A DNA stretch of 64,000 nt from an uncultured Chitinophagales bacterium (GTDB taxonomy: Bacteria > Bacteroidota > Bacteroidia > Chitinophagales > JADIYW01): NCBI GenBank assembly GCA_964507125.1, contig CAZDOT010000001.1, positions 47,559 through 111,558 on the forward strand, written 5' to 3'. Position 1 is the first letter of the stretch. Every line of letters begins with the position of its first letter. The position numbers and the translations under genes are program-made. Positions 41,799 through 51,000 of this stretch are shown piece by piece. The notes beneath the pieces are model-generated. The model was given only the letters and a program-made list of their open reading frames with translations, did no database searches and had not been told where the DNA came from.

Positions 41799-42320
41799 TT
41801 AAACGTATCTACTTCTTTTATTTTCTGCTCTTAATGTATCTAGTACTTGATCAATTTTTTCAAAGGTTAGATTCTCATAAAATTTATCTCCTATCTGGAA
41901 CATTGGTGCTGTACCACAAGAACCTAAACATTCTACTCGTTTAATTTGGAACATTCCATCTGCAGTAATTTGTCCAACTTCTACTTGTAATTTTTTTTCT
42001 AAATAATTGACAATATCTTCTGCACCACATAACCAGCAAGAGCTTGTTTGACAAACTTCAATCAAATATTTACCGACAGGATGCAAATTAAACATAGAAT
42101 AAAAAGTGGCTACTTCGTAAACTTCTATAGGTTTAATTTGTAAGATGGATGCAACATAATCCATTACCGGAACAGACAACCAACCATCAAATTCTGCTTG
42201 TGCTAAATGTAAAAGTGGGATTAAGGCAGATTTACTTTTATCTTTAGGATATTGTGCTAAAATCTCTTGCACTTTTTGCAAGGCTGCTTCATTAAATTTT
42301 ATTTCTTCCGTTGCTGTCAT
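41799..42320 (-). CDS. nuoE: NADH-quinone oxidoreductase subunit E
   Basis: Thioredoxin-like 2Fe-2S cysteines (CQTSSCWLCG ... ECLGSCGTAP). Confidence 0.9.
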   Translation of the reverse strand: MTATEEIKFNEAALQKVQEILAQYPKDKSKSALIPLLHLAQAEFDGWLSVPVMDYVASILQIKPIEVYEVATFYSMFNLHPVGKYLIEVCQTSSCWLCGAEDIVNYLEKKLQVEVGQITADGMFQIKRVECLGSCGTAPMFQIGDKFYENLTFEKIDQVLDTLRAENKRSRYV

Positions 42321-42352
42321 TCTCTTATAATTTTTCCTTTAGATGAAAATAA

Positions 42353-43546
42353 TTAAGCATCTAATTCTCCGGCAATCACATTCATGCTACTCATCGTTAA
42401 AATTGCATCACTCAACATGGCACCTTTTATCATTTCAGGATATGCTTGATAATAAATAAAACATGGTCTTCTAAAATGCAATCTAAAAGGTTGGCGACCA
42501 CCATCACTGATAATATAAAAACCTAACTCTCCATTTCCACCTTCTACGCTATGATAAATTTCTCCTTTTGGAATATCTGTTTCGCCCATCACTAATTTAA
42601 AATGATAAATTAATGATTCCATTTTACTATAAACATCTTGTTTAGGTGGCAAATAAAATTCTGGCAAGTCGGCGTGGAAACTACCATCCGGCAAGTTTTT
42701 AATAGCTTGTTCTAAAATGCGATAGCTTTGCCACATTTCCTCCATGCGAACCATATATCTATCATAGGTATCACCGTTGGTGCCTACCGGAATATCAAAT
42801 TCAAAATCTTCATAAGAAGAATATGGGTTTGCCACACGCACATCGTAATCAACGCCTGTTGCTCTTAGATTAGGACCTGTGAAACCATAGTTTAATGCAT
42901 TTTCTGCAGAAATACCACCAACATTGATGGTTCTATCCATAAAGATTCTATTTCGGTCAATCAACTTCTGAAATTCAGTAAGTTTCTTAGGAAACTCTTT
43001 CATAAATTGATTGATTTTATCCCAAACTTTTGGAGAAAAATCTCGCTCTAAACCTCCGATTCTACCGATGTTTGTTGTTAAACGTGCACCACAGATTTCT
43101 TCGAAAATCTCATAAATCCATTCTCTACTTTGGAAAAGATGTAAGAAGCCGGTCATAGCTCCTGTATCTACGGCAATTACGGTATCGCAAATAATATGAT
43201 CCGCAATACGAGATAATTCCATAATGATAACGCGAAGATATTGTGCTCTTTTCGGTATCTCTGCTCCTATTAGTTTTTCGACAGACATATGCCAACCCAT
43301 ATTATTAATAGGTGACGAACAATAGTTCATTCTGTCTGTCAGTGTAGTAATTTGGTTAAAAGGACGATGTTCTGCTAATTTCTCAAAGGCACGATGTATA
43401 TATCCAATTGTAGGAACCGCATCCACAATAAATTCTCCATCTAAAGTAAGTACATTTTGAAAAATACCATGTGTAGCCGGATGTGTGGGTCCTAAATTTA
43501 GCGTGGTATATTGTTTTTCTTCGTATGTTGTTTGGTCAATGGTCAT
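42353..43546 (-). CDS. nuoD: NADH-quinone oxidoreductase subunit D
   Basis: NLGPTHPATHG, RIADH, and the C-terminal SMNVIAGELD are typical of NuoD. Confidence 0.95.
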   Translation of the reverse strand: MTIDQTTYEEKQYTTLNLGPTHPATHGIFQNVLTLDGEFIVDAVPTIGYIHRAFEKLAEHRPFNQITTLTDRMNYCSSPINNMGWHMSVEKLIGAEIPKRAQYLRVIIMELSRIADHIICDTVIAVDTGAMTGFLHLFQSREWIYEIFEEICGARLTTNIGRIGGLERDFSPKVWDKINQFMKEFPKKLTEFQKLIDRNRIFMDRTINVGGISAENALNYGFTGPNLRATGVDYDVRVANPYSSYEDFEFDIPVGTNGDTYDRYMVRMEEMWQSYRILEQAIKNLPDGSFHADLPEFYLPPKQDVYSKMESLIYHFKLVMGETDIPKGEIYHSVEGGNGELGFYIISDGGRQPFRLHFRRPCFIYYQAYPEMIKGAMLSDAILTMSSMNVIAGELDA

Positions 43547-43564
43547 TGGTCAATGTCGATAGTC
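43531..43564 (-). repeat. Heptamer array GACTATC GACATT GACCAAT GACCATT GACCAAA (minus strand) overlapping the nuoD start codon
   Basis: Read directly: five tandem GACYAWY-type units. The nuoD ATG and its first four codons (ATG ACC ATT GAC CAA) lie inside the array. Confidence 0.75.
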
Positions 43565-43612
43565 TTTTATTTAATAGAGATTGCTTCGCTAACAATGCTG
43601 ATACATTCCGTT

Positions 43613-44119
43613 TCATCGTCCGAACATTTTATCGTTTTTATCTTCACGAGACATATCTTCTAATGGATATTCTTTTCTCAATGGGAAATAATTCATCTCA
43701 TCCATATTTAGAATACGCGTTAAATTTGGATGTCCAACAAAATTAAAGCCGAAAAAATCATATTCTTGACGCTCCATCCAGTTAGCTGTTTTCCATAAAT
43801 CCGTGATGGTTGGCATATCTAAATCACTTTTGGGCATAAACGTTTTAATACGAATTCTCCAACCTTTAGGCATGTTGTGCAACTGATACATCAACCCAAA
43901 TTCTTGGTCTTCGGGATTTTCAGGATGATGTAAACCACACATAGTAGTTAAGAAATGAAAATTAAGTTCTTTATCTGTTTTAAGAAATGCCAATGCATCT
44001 TTCACAGATTTTTTATTTAAAATGAAAACCGGATAATCGTACAACATTTCTGCTGATATTACATCTTGTCCGAATTGTGATTGTAATTTATCTTTAACTA
44101 TTTCTAATACTTCACTCAT
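43613..44119 (-). CDS. nuoC: NADH-quinone oxidoreductase subunit C
   Basis: ANWMERQEYDFFGFNFVGHPNL is the conserved NuoC/30-kDa subunit motif. Confidence 0.9.
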   Translation of the reverse strand: MSEVLEIVKDKLQSQFGQDVISAEMLYDYPVFILNKKSVKDALAFLKTDKELNFHFLTTMCGLHHPENPEDQEFGLMYQLHNMPKGWRIRIKTFMPKSDLDMPTITDLWKTANWMERQEYDFFGFNFVGHPNLTRILNMDEMNYFPLRKEYPLEDMSREDKNDKMFGR

Positions 44120-44177
44120 GCGCTATATCCATTACTATATTACACAGATAAACAATTATAATCTATCTATTTTCCAT

Positions 44178-44732
44178 TTATTCAATTCCGTATTGAGCCA
44201 AAAGGGCTTTATATTCCGGCATTTCTCTTCTTCTTCTTTCTTCGCTTTCTGCTAATTTTTGTATTTGCAATATTCCATCTAATACTTGCTCCGGACGTGG
44301 TGCGCAACCCGGAATATATACATCAACAGGAATAATTTTATCAATACCTTGCAACACGCTATACGTATCAAAAATACCGCCGCTGCTAGCACAAGCACCC
44401 ATACATAATACCCATTTGGGTTCTGCCATTTGCTCGTACACTTGACGTAAAATCGGTCCCATTTTTTTGGAAATGGTTCCCATTACCATCAATAAATCTG
44501 CTTGACGTGGTGAAAAGCTCAATCGTTCGGAGCCAAATCGAGATAAATCATAATGTGCACCCATGGTTGCCATAAACTCAATTCCGCAGCAAGAAGTAGC
44601 AAAAGGCAATGGCCACAACGAGTTAGCTCTTGCCAAGCCAACTACTTTATCTAATGAAGTAGCAAAGAAACCTTGACCTTCAAAACCTTCGGGTTGGTAT
44701 GCCGGGTTTATATCTATTGCTGTTGCACTCAT
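44178..44732 (-). CDS. nuoB: NADH-quinone oxidoreductase subunit B
   Basis: N2 cluster cysteines are in [18 protein letters not shown] and IPGCAPRPE. The ATG at 44732 is preferred over the TTG at 44753. Confidence 0.9.
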   Translation of the reverse strand: MSATAIDINPAYQPEGFEGQGFFATSLDKVVGLARANSLWPLPFATSCCGIEFMATMGAHYDLSRFGSERLSFSPRQADLLMVMGTISKKMGPILRQVYEQMAEPKWVLCMGACASSGGIFDTYSVLQGIDKIIPVDVYIPGCAPRPEQVLDGILQIQKLAESEERRRREMPEYKALLAQYGIE

Positions 44733-44816
44733 TTTATTCAATTTTAATTGCAAAATTTCTTTTGCAGTTTTCTATTCATTATTATATAAATACCACACTC
44801 AATAATAGTAGTGTCA

Positions 44817-45197
44817 TTATTCCCATTTCAAAGCACCTTTCTTCAAAATATAAAAGAAACCTACTAAGAAAATAGAAATAAATGTAAACATTTCAACGAT
44901 ACCCATCAAGCCCAATTGTTTGAAATTTACGGCCCATGGATACATAAATATTACTTCCACATCAAACAAAACAAATAAAATTGCCACTAAAAAATATTTG
45001 ATAGAAAAAGGTGTTCGGGCATTTCCTTGCACATCAATCCCACATTCAAATGTTTCTAATTTAGTTTTAGTTTTACGTTTGGGACCCATCCAATGCGTTA
45101 AACCCATTACCATACCTACAAAGCCTAATGCTACCAAAAACATCATTAAGACAGGTAGAAAAATAAATACTTGATTTGCTGAGAGTATCATATACAT
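44817..45197 (-). CDS. nuoA: NADH-quinone oxidoreductase subunit A
   Basis: TFECGIDVQGNARTPFSIKYFLVAILFVLFDVEVIFMYPW is the conserved NuoA core. It is the first gene of the operon. Confidence 0.88.
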   Translation of the reverse strand: MYMILSANQVFIFLPVLMMFLVALGFVGMVMGLTHWMGPKRKTKTKLETFECGIDVQGNARTPFSIKYFLVAILFVLFDVEVIFMYPWAVNFKQLGLMGIVEMFTFISIFLVGFFYILKKGALKWE

Positions 45198-45205
45198 TTA
45201 ACGCA

Positions 45206-45213
45206 CAAAGATA
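45206..45213 (-). promoter_or_regulatory. -7 promoter box (TATCTTTG on minus strand) of the nuo operon
   Basis: TAnnTTTG match 8 nt upstream of the nuoA ATG at 45197. Confidence 0.45.
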
Positions 45214-45383
45214 CTATTAAGTTTATTATTTGCACAAGTGATTTTTATCAGTTTTATATCGATGTTGATATTATTCTTTTTCACAACCCATTGTTTATCA
45301 ATATCAATAAAATAAAAATAGAAAAAAAGTATGGAATTTAACACAAAATGACCTCTTTAAAGTAAAATAAAAAAGAAACACTT

Positions 45384-45391
45384 TAATTTTG
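45384..45391 (+). promoter_or_regulatory. -7 promoter box (TAATTTTG) 5 nt upstream of the helicase ATG
   Basis: TAnnTTTG match; the ATG is at 45397. Confidence 0.4.
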
Positions 45392-45396
45392 ACAAC

Positions 45397-47574
45397 ATGG
45401 TAACGGAGCAATTAGATGTAAAGCAACAATTAGCAACTGAGTATGCATTAAAAACATTTGTAAATGTATTTGTTACCGGGAAAGCCGGAACGGGAAAGAC
45501 CACTTTTCTTAGAAATGTACAGAAAAATACGCTTAAAAAAACGGCTGTGGCTGCACCAACCGGCGTGGCTGCCATTAATGCCGGTGGAATGACATTGCAT
45601 TCGCTTTTCCAATTACCACTAATGCCCTTTTTACCAACCAAGCAACGTGTACCGGATAATTTTGCGAATCAACAATCTTTATTTGAGAAATTCAGATTTA
45701 GCAAAAGTAAAATTCAACTTATCCGTGAATTGGAACTTCTTATTATAGATGAAGTCAGTATGTTGCGTTGCGACACACTCGACTGCATTGACACAACACT
45801 TCGAACATTACGCAAAAATCAACAAGAAGCTTTTGGTGGCCTGCAAGTTTTGTTTATCGGAGATTTATTTCAATTACCACCGATTGTAAAAGAGGAAGAA
45901 TGGTATTATCTGAAAGAATATTACGATTCACCTTTCTTTTTTCATGCACAAGTGCTTAAAGAAACCAGCTTTGTAAATATAGAGTTTGATAAAATCTATC
46001 GTCAAAATGAAGAAAAATTCATTCGCTTACTCAACAAAGTACGCAATAATGAAATGAATGAAGATGATTTTGAACGATTAAACGAACGATATGAACCCGA
46101 AGCGTTGAGTAGCTTAGAAGAATACATTACTTTAACGACACACAATTATAAAGCCGATAAAATCAACCAAGCTCAGTTACAAAAATTAGAAGATGAAATA
46201 ACGGAATACTCCGCAATTGTTTCCGGAGATTTTTCGGAAAGTTCTTTTCCTACGGAACAAACATTGCAACTCAAAAGAGGTGCGCAAGTTATGTTTATTA
46301 AAAACGATAGCAATCCGGAGAAGAAATATTTTAACGGCAAATTAGCAAGCATCAAAAATTTTACGAATGATGGCATTGTTGTACAATTTTTAGATGATGG
46401 TGAAGAATATACATTAGGAACAGAAACTTGGGAAAACATACGATATGCTTACAATCCGGCAACCGATAAAATTGAAGAAGAAAAATTAGGCAGTTTTACG
46501 CAATTTCCGATTCGATTAGCATGGGCAATCACCATACATAAAAGTCAAGGCTTAACATTTGACAAAGCCGTTATTGATGCCGGACAAGCATTTGCACCCG
46601 GACAAGTGTATGTAGCTTTAAGTAGATGCACCACTTTACAAGGTTTATATTTATTGACACAAATCCATCCAAATGCCATTAAAAGTGATGAACGCATTAT
46701 TGAATACACTGAAAATAATTTAGATGGCGAAACCGAGATGCTTCGAAAATTGCCTTTCTATAAAATTGAATTTGCCAAAGCACAATTAATTAAAGCATTT
46801 GATTGGCAAAAAACGGTAGATCAATTTGTTGATTTTATTCATTTTACGGAAGAAAAAAAATTACATCAAAAAGAAGATGTATTAGATAGATTTAAACGAA
46901 TAGAAAAAGAACTTAGAGACATAGAGCAAACCGGAAAAAAATTCTCGGTACAATTGCAAGACATCTTAAACAAAATTGACCAACCGGAAAATCAAAATAT
47001 ATTGCAGGAGCGTGTATTAAAATCGATACGTTATTTTGGTGAAAAATTAGCACAACAAATCATCCAACCTTTGCATACCTATATTATAGAAAATCAAAAT
47101 AAAAAAGGAATGAAAGGATTTTTGAAACAAGCTAATGAAATGGAACAAACATTATTGACGAAGTTGCATCAAATAGAGCAATTGCAATTTGGCGATGCCG
47201 CTTTTTACAACGGTAAATCTTTTTTTACACAAACACATGAAGACATTAGCAATAAGCTAACTCAAAAAGCGGTGAAAGGCGATTCACACAGAGAAAGTTT
47301 ACAACTTTATAAATCCGGAAAAAATATTCAAGAAATTGCTACAGAACGCAACTTAGCGATTTCTACGGTAGAATCTCATTTAGCTGAATTCATTACCAGT
47401 GGCGAAATTCCCATTACTGATTTTTTAGACACTACTGCATTAACTGATATCCAAACTGCAATTCAACAATTAAATACAACACAATTATCACCCTTAAAAT
47501 CTCATTTTGGAGAACGGTTTTCATTTGGACAAATACGCATGGCAATTGCTGCTTCAAATTCTAATAAAAGTTAA
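45397..47574 (+). CDS. Pif1/RecD-family (SF1B) DNA helicase with a C-terminal helix-turn-helix domain
   Basis: Walker A VTGKAGTGKTT and Walker B LLIIDEVSM. Other SF1B motifs are GDLFQLPPI, ITIHKSQGLT and VALSRC. The C-terminal roughly 100 aa form an HTH-like region (NIQEIATERNLAISTVESHL). Confidence 0.8.
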   Translation: MVTEQLDVKQQLATEYALKTFVNVFVTGKAGTGKTTFLRNVQKNTLKKTAVAAPTGVAAINAGGMTLHSLFQLPLMPFLPTKQRVPDNFANQQSLFEKFRFSKSKIQLIRELELLIIDEVSMLRCDTLDCIDTTLRTLRKNQQEAFGGLQVLFIGDLFQLPPIVKEEEWYYLKEYYDSPFFFHAQVLKETSFVNIEFDKIYRQNEEKFIRLLNKVRNNEMNEDDFERLNERYEPEALSSLEEYITLTTHNYKADKINQAQLQKLEDEITEYSAIVSGDFSESSFPTEQTLQLKRGAQVMFIKNDSNPEKKYFNGKLASIKNFTNDGIVVQFLDDGEEYTLGTETWENIRYAYNPATDKIEEEKLGSFTQFPIRLAWAITIHKSQGLTFDKAVIDAGQAFAPGQVYVALSRCTTLQGLYLLTQIHPNAIKSDERIIEYTENNLDGETEMLRKLPFYKIEFAKAQLIKAFDWQKTVDQFVDFIHFTEEKKLHQKEDVLDRFKRIEKELRDIEQTGKKFSVQLQDILNKIDQPENQNILQERVLKSIRYFGEKLAQQIIQPLHTYIIENQNKKGMKGFLKQANEMEQTLLTKLHQIEQLQFGDAAFYNGKSFFTQTHEDISNKLTQKAVKGDSHRESLQLYKSGKNIQEIATERNLAISTVESHLAEFITSGEIPITDFLDTTALTDIQTAIQQLNTTQLSPLKSHFGERFSFGQIRMAIAASNSNKS

Positions 47575-47625
47575 CGAATTCAAATATTATCTGTCATTTT
47601 TAAAAAATAATCCTAAATTTATTGC

Positions 47626-47937
47626 GTGAAATATTTGGTTTTCATTTTTAGTATTTACTTGTTAGCACTTTCCGTAGTGCCTTGTAGTGATATTAAAAAT
47701 GAGTGTTCCAATCAAACAGCAGCAGAAAAACAACACCATCACAATCAAGATGCAGATGACAACTGCACACCATTTTGTACGTGTACTTGCTGTATAAGTG
47801 GTATTACAATTGCAAACCCACAACATTTAGTTGCTGATAATTTTTACACAACAACTACAATAGAAAAAATACCAACTATCAATACACAGTTTATTTCTTC
47901 CTTTGAAGGAAATATTTGGCAACCGCCTAAAATTTAA
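47626..47937 (+). CDS. Small Cys/His-rich membrane-anchored protein (DUF6660-like) upstream of czcA
   Basis: GTG start. N-terminal helix ending in ...LSVVPCSD, a His run (QHHHNQD), the cysteine cluster CTPFCTCTCC, and a C-terminal IWQPPKI. I recall this pattern from the small ORFs that precede Bacteroidota czcA genes. The family name is from memory and not verified. Confidence 0.55.
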   Translation: MKYLVFIFSIYLLALSVVPCSDIKNECSNQTAAEKQHHHNQDADDNCTPFCTCTCCISGITIANPQHLVADNFYTTTTIEKIPTINTQFISSFEGNIWQPPKI

Positions 47938-48047
47938 TTTCAATATTTATATTGAAGTTCCTTAATTCAAGAGAACACTTTATGCATTGACTCAAATTCA
48001 AGTCATTTCATTACATTTAATTTTATCATCTCAATTTAATTTTAACT

Positions 48048-51000
48048 GTGTTAAATAGCATTATTAAATTTAGCATTCACAATAAACTCATTATTGGAAT
48101 TGGCACTTTATTACTCGCCATTTGGGGCATTTGGAGTGCCACCAAATTACCTATAGACGCACTTCCGGACATCACTAATAACCAAGTGCAAATTATTACC
48201 GTTTGCCCAACTTTAGCCGGACAAGAAGTGGAACAACTCATCACCTTTCCGATAGAGCAAAGCATTGCCAACTTACCGGATATAGAAGAAACACGAAGTA
48301 TATCTCGTTTCGGATTATCTGTAATTACGGTTGTTTTCAAAGAAAAAGTGGACATTTATTTTGCTCGTCAGCTTATCAATGAACGATTAAATGAAGCCAA
48401 AGAAAACATACCAAAAGGCATAGGAACACCTGAGTTAGCACCTATCAGCACCGGATTAGGCGAAGTATATCAATATATCTTGCATCCCAAAAAAGAAAGT
48501 AAAAACCACTATACTGCCATGGATTTGCGCACCATGCAAGATTGGATTGTTGCTCGTCAGTTATACGGAATTCCGGGCATAGCAGAAGTTAATAGTTTTG
48601 GCGGTCAACTAAAACAATATGAAGTTGCCGTAAATCCGGATAGACTCCGAGCAATGGGCGTAACTATTCCGGATATTTTCATTGCTTTAGGAAAAAATAA
48701 TCAAAACACCGGTGGTGCTTATATTGATGAAAAACCTTATTCGCATTTTATTCGTGGTATTGGTTTGGTATCTTCTTTAGATGAAATCAAAAATATTGTA
48801 GTAAAAAGTAATTCCACCCATGTGCCCATTTTTATTAGAGATGTTGCGGATGTACGTTTTGGAAGTGCGGTGCGTTATGGTGCCATGACCTACAATGGTG
48901 AGGTAGATGCTGTTGGTGGTGTGGTGATGATGTTAAAAGGAGAAAACAGTAATGAAGTTGTAAAAAGAATCAAAGAAAAAATTCCAACCATACAAAAATC
49001 ATTACCGGAAGATGTGGTGATAGAACCTTTCTTAGATAGAACAGAATTAGTTGGAAGAGCAATCAACACCGTAGAAAAAAATCTAATCGAAGGTGCATTA
49101 ATTGTCATATTTGTATTAGTAATATTTTTGGGTAATATAAGAGCCGGTTTAATTGTTGCATCTGCAATTCCATTGTCTTTACTATTTGCATTAGGTTTAA
49201 TGAATGTGTTTCATGTAAGTGCTAATTTAATGAGCTTAGGTGCAATTGATTTTGGATTAATTGTAGATGGAGCTGTAATTATTGTAGAAGCTACACTGCA
49301 TCATTTAGGATTGCGAAAAACAACGCAAGCTTTAACGCAAAAAGAAATGGATGAAGAAGTCTTTCAATCCTCTTCCAAAATCAGAAATAGTGCAGCATTT
49401 GGTGAAATAATTATCTTAATTGTTTACATTCCGATATTAACCTTAATAGGTATTGAAGGAAAAATGTTTGCACCAATGGCGAAAACAGTAGGCTTTGCCA
49501 TTTTGGGTGCTCTCATCTTATCATTAACGTATATTCCAATGATGTGTTCTTTGTTTTTAAAACAACAACAACATCTTTCTTTTTCAGATAAAATGATGCA
49601 GTTTTTTCATCAGCTTTATCAACCATTATTAAAAAAAGCAATTCAATTTAAAAACATTTTAATCGTATTTTCTATTGCACTTTTTGCATTGTCTTTATTT
49701 ATATTTAATAGAATGGGCGGCGAATTTATTCCAACATTAAATGAAGGAGATTTTGCCTTTCATTGTATTTTACCACAAGGTGCATCACTTAATCAAAGTA
49801 TCGAAACATCGATGCAAGCATCGCGTATTTTAAAAGAAATGGATGAAGTGAAAATGGTAGTAGGAAAAACCGGAAGTGCTGAAGTACCTACAGACCCAAT
49901 GCCGCCAGAAGCAACCGACATGATGATTATTTTAAAGCCAAAATCGGAATGGAAAAATGACAAAACATACGATGAATTGGGTGATGAAATGATGGAAAAA
50001 TTGGAAGTAATTCCAGGAATATTTTTTGAAAAAAACCAACCAATACAAATGCGCTTCAATGAGCTTATGACCGGAATAAGACAAGATGTAGCCGTGAAAA
50101 TTTTTGGTGAAAATATGGATACCTTAAGTAGATATGCAGAAAGTGTAAATAACGTACTCCAAACCATTGAAAGCATTACGGCTCCGCAAATAGAACGCGT
50201 AAGTGGTTTGCCGCAAATCAATATTGAATATGACCGAAATAGAATGGCGAATTATGGCTTAAATGTGGAAGATGTAAACAGCATTATAAGCACAGCATTT
50301 GCCGGAAAAACAGCAGGTGTTGTTTATGAAAACGAACGTCAATTTGATTTGGTAGTTCGTTTAGATAGTACCCATAAAAATTCCATCAGCGATGTACAAA
50401 ATTTATTGATACCAACTAATTTTGGTTCGCAAATTCCATTATCACAAGTTGCCAATATTTCGTATAAATTAGGTGCGGCACAAATTAGTAGAGAGGCCGG
50501 AAAAAGACGAATCGTTATCGGGTTTAATGTGAAAAATAGAGATGTAAAAAGTATCGTAGCAGAACTTCAAGAAAAATTAGAACAACAAATAAAATTACCA
50601 TCCGGATATTATTTTGCTTATGGTGGTACGTTTGAAAATTTACAAAAAGCAAGCAATCGTTTAATGATTGTTGTGCCAATATCTTTACTGCTTATTTTCA
50701 TTTTACTTTACCTTACTTTTCGTTCCATTACACAAGCAACACTTATTTTTACAGCTATTCCAATGAGTGCCATTGGCGGTGTATTTGCTTTATTAATACG
50801 AGATATGCCATTTAGTATTTCAGCTGGTGTTGGTTTTATTGCACTGTTTGGTGTTGCCGTATTAAATGGAATTGTATTAATCGGCACATTTAACCAACTC
50901 GAAAAAGAGGGCATTACTGATGTTATACAGAGAGTATACGAAGGAACAAAAATACGTTTACGTCCGGTACTCATGACAGCAACCGTTGCATCATTAGGTT

